A stretch of 64,000 nt of DNA, from NCBI GenBank assembly GCA_951406725.2, contig OX597825.1, forward strand, positions 81,282,001 to 81,346,000. Reading direction: 5' to 3'. Numbering within the stretch: position 1 is the stretch's first letter; each line of letters begins with the position of its first letter. The position numbers were made by a program, and so were the translations under genes. The notes beneath the pieces were generated by a model. That model was not told where the DNA came from. It was given only the letters and a program-made list of their open reading frames with translations, and did no database searches. Positions 29,384-45,540 of this stretch are shown piece after piece. This DNA is from Octopus vulgaris (Eukaryota).

Positions 29384-29670
29384 ACGTGCGTGTATGTATG
29401 AATGCATGTATCACCGCAATTCCTTATGATACTTTCAACCTCACCAAATAACTAATCTGTTGCAATGAGGCGATAATCTTCCTGCTTCAACTTCGTGGAA
29501 TTACTCCAGGTTCCTCTCTTAGACAGACTTTACTTAATTGGAAACAATAGACTAAGAATAATTGCCTTCCACTGGGCCAGCATGGTTTTCTGTTCGTTGT
29601 TCTGAATGATTTTCATGATCCATACAGTTAGCTGTTTGCACATTGTTACCATATTCTTAATACGCTCATG

Positions 29671-29946
29671 GGGTAAAGTGGAGTCACGAATGACCATTGG
29701 ATTGCACCTCGAAAGTTACTCTCTGAGGCACAAGTCCGGGCATGGTTGCTTATGGAAGACCAGCAGTCAACCACGCATACCTTCCTCCTCGATGTTATCC
29801 AAGGGAAAAGCAAAGGGGCCGATACAGCTTGGCTCCAGTGACGTCGCAACTCATTTCTACAGCTGAGTTAACTGGAGCAACGTGAAATAAAGAGTCTTGC
29901 TCAAGCACACAACACACAGCTCGGTCTGGGAATCGAACTAACAACC
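29671..29946 (-). mobile_element. SINE family B
   Basis: Reverse complement matches 32632-32957, including the tail ggtcattc(g)tgac. Confidence 0.8.
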
Positions 29947-30026
29947 ATGCACCACGCACTTGGAATGATGCATAATAATGCATAATTCCATAATATGTTC
30001 GTTGTGTATCATTTAGTAATAATATT

Positions 30027-30429
30027 TATTTCTTTATTGCCCACATAAAGGGGACAAACAAGGACAGAAATAGTGATTAAGTCGCTTACATCGACCCCAG
30101 TGCGTAATTGGTACTTAATTTACCGACCCCGAAAGGATGAAAGGCAAAGTCGATCTCGGCGGAATTTGAACTCAACGTAACGGTATACGAAATACCTATT
30201 TCTTTACTACCCACAATGGGCTAAACACAGAGGGGACAAACAAGGACATACAACACGGATTAAGTAGATCATATTGACCCCAGTGCATAACTGGTACTTA
30301 TTTAATCGACCCCGAAAGGATGAAAGGCAAAGTCGACCTCGGCGGAATTTGAACTCAGAACGTAACGGCAGACGACATGCGGCTACGCATTTTGCCCGGC
30401 GTGCTAACGTTTCTGCCAGCTCGCTGCCT
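30027..30429 (-). mobile_element. Tandem dimer of SINE family C (tail type A) with 18-bp TSD
   Basis: Two gaccccgaaaggatgaaaggcaaagtcga units. The flanking direct repeat tcatttagtaataatatt is at 30009-30026 and 30430-30447. Confidence 0.88.
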
Positions 30430-30898
30430 TCATTTAGTAATAATATTGATTCTCTGGTGATGCACCTGTTGTGTCTTTCCACTGGCAATCCCTCCTCGTT
30501 CACTGTCTTCTGATAAGGATATGGTTGATGATTGACTGCTGAATACTAGAAATTATCCAGCGTTGATTTGCATGTTGTTTACTTTCAATCTATTTGTATA
30601 ATATGTTTAATTTCCACGGAAATAAAAGTTGTTGATTACCTGAGATAGTTTTTAGATCATCGACGTATCTGGTGAGAACGACTGACTGCGTGAGTAAGAG
30701 CAAGTCTTATAGAGCCACTACAAACAATAATGGTCCCAATACTGTTCCCTAAGGGACACCTCATAGAAATATTGACTCCTCTGATCAGGACCTATTAACT
30801 GCAACCTCTTTTAGTTTTCCAACTAAGCTGAGATCATATTAGGTTGTGTGATATCATTTTCTGATCAGCTTCTTCGAAGGCCTTAATAGAGTCTAGAT

Positions 30899-31300
30899 CA
30901 AGGTTTCTCAACTGGGGTCTATATAAGACTTTGGGAGGTCCACCGATGCGATATAGTAAATTGGGGGTCTATGGTAATTTTTCAGGGGCCATGGAAAAGT
31001 TGTGCTTCAGACCAGTAAAGTTTAAACTCAATGAATTGATTACACGTTTAAACACTTTTTATACAAGCCCTGATGATATTTAACTACTCTTTATTCTTTT
31101 ACTCTTTTACTTGTTTCAGTCATTTGACTGCGGCCATGCTGGAGCACCGCCTTTAGTCGAGCAAATCGACCACAGGACTTATTCTATCTGCCTCTTTTGC
31201 CGAACTGCTAAGTTATGGGGACGTAAACACACCAGCATCGGTTGTCAAGCGATATTGGGGGGGACAGACACAAACACACATACACACAGACATACACATA

Positions 31301-31350
<50 letters not shown>

Positions 31351-31624
31351 CATATATACGACGCTCTTCTTTCAGTTTCCGTCTATCAAATCCACTCACA
31401 AGGCTTTGGTTCGGACCGAGGCTATAGTAGAAGACACTTGCCCAAGTTGCCACGCAGTGGAACTGAACCCGGAATCATGTGGTTGGTAAGCAAGCTACTT
31501 ACTACACAGCCACTCCTACGCCTACAATAAGATTTTTTTTAACGTTGAATGGCTATGAGAGTCCATCCGAGTAGAATAGGGATCCGAGGAGTCCATAGAT
31601 GAAAAAAATGATCGAGAACCCGTG
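30899..31624. mobile_element. hAT (Charlie-like) MITE
   Basis: Ends caaggtttctcaac / gatcgagaacccgtg. The 8-bp TSD gtctagat / ccctagat is NTCTAGAN-type. Removing the element restores the CR1 YLD motif. Confidence 0.75.
31086..31522 (-). mobile_element. SINE family A nested in the hAT MITE
   Basis: Near full-length reverse complement of 63091-63513 with internal (CA)/(TA)n. Confidence 0.9.
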
Positions 31625-32531
31625 CCCTAGATATATCACTTGCATGTATGAATGATTGAGTTGCTGTCTCAATACCCTGTAACGCAACTTCTCCCTGGCC
31701 GGAAGCCGTGAAGGGTTCCAGCTCTTCTCAAATTATTATTCGTTGCATGACTTAGCTGATGTGTCAGATCAGAGAGACAAGTCTGGAACTTGTAAGAACT
31801 GCACTGCTCCCTCCTTTATGGACAGAGAACTTTGTGCGATCTTTTGATTGGTAGAGAGCGACTACCATTTTCCGGAATGCTTTAAAATGTATCTGCTCTG
31901 GTTATGTTAAATGTTTTTAAGCAACTCACTGCCAATCTATCAGAACCCATCGCTGAGTTTAAGCTTACATTTTTCATGTCAAAGTAATCTTTACGTAGGG
32001 CTAAAATGCTGAAGAACTGGCGTATTTATTCCCATAATATCGACCAGGAATCCTGGAATTGTTCATTCAGAATTTCACTTACGTTTTGGAGACTTACAAA
32101 TAGTGGGCTCTTTTCTTCATACAGTGGCCCCCATTTCCTAAGGTGCTGAGGGTGAATATTTTGAAAATTTACAGAAAACCTTAGAGTTCTCTTTTGCTAT
32201 TATTATTTCCTACACCCCTTCTTCATCTTTCTATTCTCTCCTTTTCTTAGCAAACTCAAAGTTTTGAATCTCTAGAAATGTTAAATTTACATGGAAACCA
32301 TGCCTTCTTTTATTTGTTTATTTTAGCGATTAGAGATCTTTATTCTTCGCTTCATCGGGAATTTTCTGTCTCTATCTTTAATGTTTAATAGTTTCGTACA
32401 CTATGATGCTTCTTTCTTGCAAAAATCAAAAGCATAAGGATGGCATTATTGACAAGAATTCTTTAATTTTCAAATATTGCCTTGCATACGGACTTTTGGG
32501 ACATGCATACATACATACATGTATACATACA

Positions 32532-32957
<426 letters not shown>

Positions 32958-33008
32958 ATTTATAGATAGATAGATAGATATATACACATACAAACATATA
33001 TATACATG

Positions 33009-33044
<36 letters not shown>

Positions 33045-33080
33045 TATATACACATTATATATATATATATATATATATGA

Positions 33081-33146
<66 letters not shown>

Positions 33147-34185
33147 TATATGAACATTCAAACAAAATGACAGACGTAGAGAGACAAAGACAAACGAATA
33201 TCTAATATTTCCGTCAGCTTACACCCGTTTCATAATTTCCTTTAGGTTACATCATAACTTCGATGCATGGATGATACATGCATAATACATTCACAACACA
33301 TACACACATTAACGGTGTGACCGGGAGTGAAATGCGAAACAACTATTCTTTTGCTTCTTGTCTAATTTCACTTTATTTTCTTTCTTTCTTATGTACTTCA
33401 CGGTGGAAATATTACTATTCGTATGTTTTAGATTTGCAGATGCAGAATCAAGTTAAATTACAACGACGTGTGACCTGATGACCACGTCCCAGCGACAGTG
33501 CTTACTGTGAGTTCCGCTTGAATCGCCAAATCCATTTTTTTTTGCTTTATTCCTGTATATCTTTAGGTGTGGTTGTGGGTGTGTGTGTATATGAGTGTCT
33601 TTCTTTCGTAATACTCGTTTGTCTCTTCATGGTTGCTCGCTTTTGTCACGTCCTTAGAATCTTCATCGTTAAAATGGACAACACTATCCGTTCGACTGTC
33701 AAATTAAAACAGCCATCTCTTGAAGCAGTTTGGCAACGAGATCGCTCCATCCAGATTTCTCACTCTTCCATCTCTGATGCATTTTGCTTCTGCAGATATT
33801 GATGCCCATGATGGTAATTCTTTGAAGTGATTCCAACTGGAATTGAGGGACAAAAGGACCAACCCTACGGCATGCCACCCTCATACAAAGGTGACGTCAA
33901 CATAATAGTACTTGAGACTATGGGTATAAGAGTCACTGGTACGTCGTGTCACAGGTCATATATATGTACATATATACATATACATGTAGATACATACACA
34001 TATATATATATATATATATATGTTCTATGTATAAGTATATATATGTGTGTGTGTGTATGTATATATATATATATCTATATCTATTTATATATATAACTAT
34101 ATATAAATATATATATATACATACAAACATATAGATATGTATCTATCTATCTATCTATATATATATCTAAATATATATTATATAT

Positions 34186-34216
<31 letters not shown>

Positions 34217-34239
34217 CATACATACATACATACATGCAT

Positions 34240-34280
<41 letters not shown>

Positions 34281-34433
34281 TACATATATATATATATATA
34301 TATTCATGTCTGTAAATATGTATATTAATGATAAATACTTTTACTCCCTGAGATTGTTGGAACCCGTTATTGCTCTTTCTCTCTCTCTCTATCTCATTCT
34401 ACATTCTATATATATATTTATATATTTTTGTAT

Positions 34434-34500
<67 letters not shown>

Positions 34501-34714
34501 ATGCATATACATATGTCTATGTGTATGTATATATGTATACAAATGTGTATGTGTATATATTTATTATTATGTGTATATACATACATACAAACGTACATAT
34601 ATATATATATATGCACATACATATATGCACGGACATATATACAAGCACACATTTCACAATTTGTTATTTTTCTCACTAACGACGCATTCACTGTGTCACT
34701 GGATCACATTTCTC

Positions 34715-34765
<51 letters not shown>

Positions 34766-35194
34766 CTGATATGCAGTTACTGAAAACCTTCCTAACACCA
34801 ACACCATCAACAATAACGAATTGGCTCTGTGTGGAAGACATTGCGTGCTAGAAATACTAACCTAAACCCTACATCTGAAAACGAAGGACACTTTTCGTAT
34901 TGAGGCCCCATGTTTTATACGGAATCCAGGCCCTGGATTACGATGGTGCTTAAGCACAGGCCCAACTGCCGATATTTTCTATTCAAGTGTATCGAATCGA
35001 TCCATATATATATAAATAATTTCAGTCTGATAGGTTATCGATCCCGAGTGAGAAAATTAAGTTTTGTGATAAAAAATTATTTTACTTTTGAATTAATTGT
35101 TTATCATTTTACACGCACTCACACACATGTGTATAAGTGATATATTCATATGGGTGCGTTGGTATGTGCGTGTATGTATATTTCTATCAATAAA

Positions 35195-35432
35195 GGATCA
35201 AAGTTTCTCCCTGAGCCAAAACAGGGTCATAAGGCCGGTTCCCCGCATTTTGCGGTGTATATACTTCCCCTGGATGAGATGCCGATCCTTTGCATGATTA
35301 TTCAATTTCCCCATGTGCATGGACCGGCGCAATGTGAAATGAAATATGATGCTACAGAACGACAGCGCATCGCCCTGTCTAGGAATCGAAACCTTAGGAG
35401 CATGAGTGTGCGACAGTCTCACCAATAAGACA
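35195..35432 (-). mobile_element. Diverged tRNA-derived SINE
   Basis: Minus strand has the B-box-like ggtttcgattcct and a centre resembling family B (atttcacattgcgccggtcca). Confidence 0.45.
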
Positions 35433-35453
35433 CGAACCTGTATACACACACGT

Positions 35454-35498
<45 letters not shown>

Positions 35499-35550
35499 TA
35501 TATACATTAGGTATATATGTGTATGTATGCATAAATAAAGAATGTATGCA

Positions 35551-35595
<45 letters not shown>

Positions 35596-35718
35596 TCATA
35601 TACATATGTATACAGACACACGCACATATGTATATATATATATATTTATACAAAGACACACACACATATATACATCATATGTATTTGTATGTGTCTATCT
35701 ACCTACCTAACTACCTAC

Positions 35719-35786
<68 letters not shown>

Positions 35787-35815
35787 ATATATATATATAT
35801 GTATGTATATATATG

Positions 35816-35848
<33 letters not shown>

Positions 35849-35861
35849 GTATATATGTATA

Positions 35862-35907
<46 letters not shown>

Positions 35908-35950
35908 AATATATATATTTATATGTATATATATATACATATGAATATTG

Positions 35951-35984
<34 letters not shown>

Positions 35985-36188
35985 GAATATATATACTTAT
36001 ATACGTATATATTTATATATATATATTTATATATATTTATGCATATACATATAAATATATATATGTACATATAAGTATACATATATGCATACACACATAT
36101 ATATATATATACATATATATATGTATATATATATATATATATATATACATATATATAAATATATATATATATACTTATACACACACAC

Positions 36189-36234
<46 letters not shown>

Positions 36235-37078
36235 AATGCATGCACACATGACCGACTCTGCACCATATCCATCTCCATCTTCCAGTTCCACATACACTAT
36301 ATATGTGTGCGTGTGTTTATGTGTGTGTATGTATGTATGTACGTGTGTGTGTGTATGTGTTTATGTATGTATGTACGTGTGTGTGTATGTGTAAGCGTGT
36401 GTGTAGATATACCTCAACTTACAATCGTGGGCCTCTAATTTGCCCAGAATACAGACAACGCAACGGGATCGTACCAAAAACTTGTTAAACACACAGCTAA
36501 TTCACACGTCCCCGAAGAATACAGTATATATATATAGCTAAATGAACGATGGAATGGTCACGGCTGGACTAGCCTTTGTTCACTTATCGTCTGGTTGATG
36601 CTGACGTCCGATATGTGGTAATTAACATCCACAAATAATAATGTTATAGAAAGTAGAAACATTATGGATAAGCTGTGACGTCAACATTGTATCCGAGAGA
36701 AAGAAATCAATTTTATTAATTATTAATCATGGTCAACGGTGGAGGCAGTGGTGGTGGAGGTGGTGTTCGTTCTGATAGTGGTGGAGGTGGGGTTTGTGGT
36801 TGCAGTTGTGGTTGTGGTGCTGGTGGTAGTGGTAGTAGTGATAGTAATGGACGAAGCAGCTTAATTACTCGCGATTATGTGTCTCTAAGTGTTTGTGCCT
36901 CTATGCGTGTGTGAGAGTGTGTATAAGTGTGTGTGTGCGTTTGTGTGTGTTTGCGCGCGCGTGTGTGTGTGTGAGTTAGTGTGTGTAAATGCATATTATA
37001 TGTACGTACATATTTACAATCATATCTATCTATATATATATATACAGATATACACAAATCCATATACGTATATACGAA

Positions 37079-37127
<49 letters not shown>

Positions 37128-37404
37128 GTGCATACATATACATGTATGTATATATAATATGTTAATGCATTAAAATATAAATATATGAATGCATATATGA
37201 CATTATATAAATATATGCCTTTGTGTTTGTGTATATATATATATATATATATATCCACTATATATCTTTATGATATATATATTATATATATATATATGTA
37301 TACATATATATACTATATAAATATTATATATATACCCATATATATATCTACATATATACATATATATATATATGTATATATATATGTATATATATATATA
37401 TATA

Positions 37405-37451
<47 letters not shown>

Positions 37452-37583
37452 TATGTACGTATTTACAATGACTTCGCCGCAATGTTTGAACAAACTTGAA
37501 TATACAAATATATAATTAAAACGAATGCATGTAAGCGTATGCGTGTGTACGCGTACATAAGTACAGATGTGTATAAATGTATA

Positions 37584-37648
<65 letters not shown>

Positions 37649-38995
37649 ATATTTGAACGACAAATATACCGAGAGAAAGTTAAACAGAAACGACAACAGC
37701 TTCAGAAAAGAACATTAAAAACCCACATGTAATTTTTTTTTTAATCACATGCTACAGAAATCATTATTGTTATTTACGAAAAAAAAAAATGGCGGAAAAC
37801 ACAAGAAGCAAACGTAAAAAACAAACAAACAAACAACAACAACGAGGCAGGAAGTTAAAAAAAAAAACACATGAGAAGACTGTCGTCATATTTTCCTATG
37901 AGATGGGTCATAATGTACGAGTGTGCCGTAATTAAAATTCTACGATAGATCTTATTTACCACGCCTACATTTGTTTCACTTTTACTCTTAACTACGAAAA
38001 GCGCTGCGCTGTCCGAACGATTTGATTGGTGGGAACTTGGAAGTTCGGCTGTTTCCGCCCACAATCTGAACAACTCGCCAGAAGAAGCTGTGCTGGTTTG
38101 TCACTTCGTTAGTTACACGAAAGAAGTTGTTTTCGTTTACTGCTTGATAAATAGCTGTTTGTATATTTATTTATATATATATATATACATATATACATAT
38201 ATATATATCTATATATATACATACATATATATATAGACATATATATATATATATACATTCATATATAAATATATATATATATAGTGTATATATATATATA
38301 TCTATATCGTGTGTGTATATTGTGTATATATATATATATATGCTAGTGTGTATATGTGTGTATATATAACGTGGAGACAAGTTATAGTCAAAGATGCTTA
38401 ATTAAGAGATGATTAAGAAGTCACAATATTTAAACATCCACTCACATATACGCATACACAACACACAATCAAACAGATACAAACACACACACACGTAAAC
38501 ATACAAACATATATACGTACGTACATACACACACACGCACATATATATATATATATAAACAAATATATATATTGACATATATATATAAATATATACATAT
38601 ACATACATATATATACACACGTGTGATGTAATTAATACCAGAAAGGCGAGAGAACTCATTCCAAAGAGGAAAAATGTTGGGAAAGAAATGGTCGAAACTG
38701 CTGTGACTCTCCAAGACTTCGCAATATAAAGACGATGATGGACATGACGATGTTGATGATGACGACGACGATGATGAGAGAAACGATGACGACAAACATG
38801 ACGACTACGACGACGACGCTAAACAGGATGATGTCGAATGTAATAGTGATGATAAAAACGATGACCACGGTGAATAACGATGACTTATGCAAGGTCTAAC
38901 TCGCAGAGCACTTTCGGAGAAACGTAAGTTGACGCTCACATTCTTCCTTTCATACTTTCATCTATATCTATACATATATACATCCATATATGTAC

Positions 38996-39096
<101 letters not shown>

Positions 39097-39290
39097 TATG
39101 CATATATATTTGGGCACATATGCATATATAGAGGCATTTACTAACACATAAAATGTATGGATATGTATCTTTGTGTATATATTGCGTATGTATATTTTTC
39201 TGTGTGTATATATATTTAAAAATTTCTCATCCTCACTCTTCCCACTTCTCTCACTCACACACACACACACTCTCTCTCTCTCTCTCTCTC

Positions 39291-39332
<42 letters not shown>

Positions 39333-39929
39333 TATATATATACATATATATAAACATATATATGTGCATATATATAAATATATACATACACACATATAGT
39401 CAGATATATACATAATATATATGTATGCATGTATGTATATGTATATATGTATGTATGTGCGCTTGTGCATACCCATTTTTGAGACAGAACGTACACACAC
39501 TGCAGAGTTGCGTATGTATGTATATATGTACGTATATATATATATGTGTGTGTGTGTGTGTATATATATATGTATGTATATACATACACACATGCACACA
39601 CGCATATTATGATACATGCATTTCTGAGTATAGTAATACGCATGCATATCTACTTCTGTATCAGTAATATTGTGGATATGTGTATGTGTGTGTGTGTATA
39701 TCTAAACGCAATGCAACGAAGTCACGATGTTATATTCAAATGTTTTGTTTATATCGTAAATTTGTAGATGTCTGTATACATAATGTAACACGTATTTGTA
39801 GGCACCAAAACAAGAACGCACACACACACACACACAACGATCGAAAAACACAAAGACACACACATATATATACATAGATATATTGGTGCTCCAGCATGAC
39901 CGCAGCTATTAAGCTGGAACTATTTAAAG

Positions 39930-40026
<97 letters not shown>

Positions 40027-40030
40027 CATA

Positions 40031-40235
40031 TATTATAATTAAATGTGTCTAAAACATACCACCATGTTAAATATGGCAGCCAAAACTTGACTCGAAAACC
40101 ACATTAAATGTTCATGGTGGTATCTTTTAAATACCCTTAATTATAATATTAATAATAGTTATTACGTTGAAGTTTTTATTTCCATGATAGCCAGCCACCT
40201 GATATGATTGGTATTTTAAATAACGATCTTATCCT
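40031..40235 (-). mobile_element. Fold-back Penelope-like fragment (same family as 4680-4876)
   Basis: 36-bp imperfect inverted arms 40031-40066 / 40113-40148, flanked by (TA)n. Confidence 0.6.
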
Positions 40236-40268
<33 letters not shown>

Positions 40269-40380
40269 ACATATACGTATACTAGATAAAGACGTAAAAG
40301 CATCCAAAAGTTTAGTGAAGATATATAAATCCATATATATATATATGTTTTACATTTATATGTAGGCACGTATATGTCAC

Positions 40381-40425
<45 letters not shown>

Positions 40426-40521
40426 ATATACTAAGTAAAAAACACAGCAAACAAATCGTCAAAACATAAGAAGCAGGGAAACATCGATATACATACATAT
40501 ACATATATATGTGTGTGTGTG

Positions 40522-40566
<45 letters not shown>

Positions 40567-40871
40567 GTGTGTGTGTTTATGTGAATATAAATATATACAT
40601 GCATACACATACATATATATATATATATGCGTGCGTGTGGGTGTGTGTATGTGTGTGTGTGTGTGTGTGTGTATGTGTGTGTGTGTGTGAGTGTGTGTGT
40701 GTGTATACGCATATGAGGGAGAAAATGAAACGACGTACCATTCAAAAAATTTTGAATGTGGTTCTCAAGAGTTTTAACTTCACTTCACATTTCTCAAACT
40801 TTCGTGGTCATGTTGGCCGCCACCTACAAGCCCACAAATCCTTCGCCAATACAGAGATGAATAAAATTCTG

Positions 40872-40950
<79 letters not shown>

Positions 40951-41001
40951 GTATAGTACCCGATTCTCTCTAGAATCCTTTAATATATATGAACGCACAT
41001 A

Positions 41002-41056
<55 letters not shown>

Positions 41057-41298
41057 TATGAACGCACATATATATGTATGAATATGTACATACGCACGCA
41101 CACACACACAAACACACACACACATGCCCCAGCATGGCCACATTTTGATGAACAAAATAAGAAAGCGATCAAGATAACACGTACACGCTCACATTTATTT
41201 ATAGAAAATGCACACACAAACACACACACACACATACACACACACACGCACGCACATTATATATACATGTATATATATGTGTGTATCATATATATATG

Positions 41299-41344
<46 letters not shown>

Positions 41345-41370
41345 AACATATATATGTATATATATGCATA

Positions 41371-41401
<31 letters not shown>

Positions 41402-41605
41402 GTGCATCTGTATATATACATATATGTGTTTATAAATATATTATATATATAAATGTGCATATATATATATATGTATATATACATATATATATGCATGTAG
41501 CTATGTATATATATGTATGTATGTATATATATGCATATATTTAGGTATACACATACATATATATATATATATATCTATGTATCTATATCTACGTGCACAT
41601 ACACA

Positions 41606-41653
<48 letters not shown>

Positions 41654-42189
41654 CTGCTCGTATATATACACATGTACACACGCACGTTTAGTTGCTGAAT
41701 CTACGTAAATAGCAGTGGTGTGAATTACATCAGCCTCCAGGTATTTTGTCATTTTGCTGTAAGTTGTCAGTGAGACAGGTGTGTGAGTGTGTGTGAGTGT
41801 GTGTCTGTGTGTGAGCGGATTCTTTGAGTTGACAGGCTAAGGACACATGGCTGGTGATGTCGGGCGTTATGGAAGATTTGGCAAATACATACGCACGCAC
41901 GCACGCACACACACAAACATACAGACACACACACACAAAGACACACACACACATACACAAAGACACACACACACAAGGCACGCATGAAAACGCATACACG
42001 TATTCTTTTATATACATATATACGTGTGAGGGGGTTGTGTGTTGGTTTTGTGTGTGTGTGAGTGTGTGTGCGTATCTACACACATATATATACGTGTCAA
42101 TTTATATTTACATACTTATATGTTTATGCATACCACACATATACATGGATACATACAGGTCCATATATATGTATGTATATATATATATG

Positions 42190-42252
<63 letters not shown>

Positions 42253-42430
42253 TATATATATATGTATATGGCATGACCACAGCTCGTGAGCTGAAACTAG
42301 ATAAAATAAAATAGAATAATATATATATATTACTCTATGTATACATTATATAACAATACCTATATCAATATTTGTCTGCCTGTCTGACTGTTAATATCTA
42401 TACATACATACACAACACATGTGAACATAC

Positions 42431-42502
<72 letters not shown>

Positions 42503-42529
42503 GTATATATACGTATATACACACACACA

Positions 42530-42639
<110 letters not shown>

Positions 42640-42920
42640 CCAAAAGGTTTCAACCACGAAAATACATGCTTACCATGAAAGTCAGTACGATTGTTAATAT
42701 ATATATATATACGTGTGTGTGTGTGTGCGTGTGATATATATATTTGTTCTAGAGATTCATTACGTTATATGTATCTAATGAATACGTCCGAAATGAAAAT
42801 ATAATAAAAATATTGTATGTATATATGTATGTATGTGTATATGTTATATATGTGTATATGTATATATGTTTGTATGTATATATGTATATATATATATATG
42901 TATGCATGTATATATATGTA

Positions 42921-42964
<44 letters not shown>

Positions 42965-42972
42965 ATGTAATA

Positions 42973-43006
<34 letters not shown>

Positions 43007-43134
43007 TATATGTGTATGTATATATGTATATTTGTGTATATGTGTGCGTATATGACTGACAGCGGTAGCGAGACAAACTGATTCTCATTCAATATACCTT
43101 TGAATGTCTATCAGTGAGAGCGTGTATATTGTAG

Positions 43135-43183
<49 letters not shown>

Positions 43184-43608
43184 CGTGTGTATGCGTGCGT
43201 ATGTGTGTGTGTGTGTGTGTGCGTCATTGTGGAAGCGCCCCTGTATATTAGCTGACGCGCACGTGTTCATCGTGTGTTCCTGCATACGTATGTTACGAGC
43301 ATGGTGATATTGTTGTTGTTGTTGTTGCCTTTATGCTTCCAAATACCCATTGGCGTGGAACGTGTGTTTGTGTATGCTTTAGTGTAAACAGATACATATC
43401 TACATAATTGTGTTTGTATATAAATACATATATATATATGTATATAAACACATTTATATATATACATATGTATGTAAAAATCTATAACCTTACATGTACA
43501 CACAACCATATACACACAAACACACATGTCTATGTGCATGTACGTAATTATGTATGCATATATATGTATGTTTGTATGGATGTATATATGTATGTGTGAG
43601 TGTGCGTG

Positions 43609-43687
<79 letters not shown>

Positions 43688-43837
43688 AATTTAAAAATCG
43701 CACCAGTATATTGAGCACTACGTACAATTGTAATTATGGTTTCATTTCAATTAAACCAAAACCAATTTAGACACTCTATGCATACATGCATAGACACATT
43801 TATATCTTTACTATCTCTCTCTCTCTCTCTCTTTCTA

Positions 43838-43880
<43 letters not shown>

Positions 43881-44156
43881 CGCACATACCTAGATCATTT
43901 CATAAATTGTTTACAAATATATATTATAAAATACTATGAGGTGTGGGTGTGTATATGGCGGCGTCTATATCGTTAACAAGCCATACAAACATACATACAT
44001 ACATACACACAGATATATACATATATATACATATATATACATATATACATATATATACATACATATACACAAATAACAAATATAATACTATAATAATATA
44101 TAATATATACACATATATACATATATACATATATACATATATACATATATATATAT

Positions 44157-44201
<45 letters not shown>

Positions 44202-44225
44202 TACATATCTACCTATCTATCTATC

Positions 44226-44258
<33 letters not shown>

Positions 44259-44886
44259 ATATATATATGTATTTATATACATATATAGATATAGATTTAT
44301 GTGAATATGCATCTCATGCGTATATATATATATATATATATATATTATGTGCTTGACGATATTTAAGCTTACTCAACCACAGATATGTGTGAATTTGTGA
44401 TTTGCATATGTGTGTGTGTGTGTGTCTGTGTAAAAATCTTTCATCTGCGAACCAGCTTGGCATTATTACATGCCAAATGCCCTGAAAGTCCGTTTTGGTG
44501 TCACTTTCGTTGCGGATTGAAAGCATTGGCAAATGGAGAGTCTTGTTCAAGAAGATAATGAACTTCCCGAGATAATTATTGACTCCTGGATATCATGACC
44601 GTGGGCTTAACACCCCTAGCCTCGAGGTTATGTACCTTCACTCTATTTTAAATGCATATTCCTACCTGAATATGTGTGTGTGTGTGTGTGTGTGTTTCTA
44701 GAGTAGGTAGATAGACACGTGCATACAACACACACACACTCACGTATTTACATATAATTGCTCTTATGTTTATGCATGAATATTTTCTACGTATTGCCAT
44801 ATATCCATATAAGTACGTCTGTGTCTAGACGCATAAACTGAACCCTCAGACAAATATGTATGCATGTAGGTATGTTTGCATGTATG

Positions 44887-45006
<120 letters not shown>

Positions 45007-45016
45007 TACATATATA

Positions 45017-45067
<51 letters not shown>

Positions 45068-45277
45068 GCATACATATATATGCATACACATATATGCATA
45101 CATATATATGCATAAGTATATATTCATATATATGTGTATATATATGAAAAAATATGTTCAAAAGAGGACAAATCAAACTTTTGAGAGGTCCAAAACGAGA
45201 GAAAGAATGATTTCTAATAAAGATTCCTCATATTCATAAAAGAACAGCCAAAGCAAATAATAACAATATGAAAATAG

Positions 45278-45470
45278 TAGTTGAAAAATATCGTTATAGG
45301 TATAAAAAAAAGCCATAAACAATTCTAGAAAAATGGAGGAGAAAAAGATGTTGAATGAAAATTGAATCCTATTTTGTATTAAATCTAATTTTGATTCGAC
45401 AACTTTTTCTCCTCCATTTTTCTAGAATTGTTGATGGTGTTTTTATACCTATAACGATATTTTTCAACTA
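45278..45470. repeat. Long near-perfect inverted repeat (about 85-bp arms, about 23-bp loop)
   Basis: tagttgaaaaatatcgttataggtataaaa...aattctagaaaaatggaggagaaaaag versus its reverse complement at 45387-45470. Confidence 0.9.
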
Positions 45471-45509
45471 TACATACATACATACATACATACATACACA
45501 CACACACAT

Positions 45510-45540
<31 letters not shown>

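Larger units (their letters stand above)
29440..32400 (-). mobile_element. Old CR1-clade LINE remnant interrupted by nested insertions
   Basis: Minus-strand RT motifs in order: LHGFRPGRSCVT (about 31700), VIYLDSIKAFEEAD (across the hAT insertion) and GVP*GTVLGPLLF...RYVDDLK (about 30650-30760). Outer boundaries are approximate. Confidence 0.75.

Noticed and set aside
33212-33270. Minus-strand aTGATGt...GAAACgggtGTA
   Set aside because: Two core mismatches and a poor stem II. Possible decayed copy, not counted.
33439-33512. Candidate exon between ttgcag and gtgagt
   Set aside because: Stops in all three frames and no partner exons.
33790-33935. Peptide GIEGQK..GMPPSYKGDV..MGI faintly like an RTE C-terminus
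   Set aside because: Similarity is too weak to support without a search.
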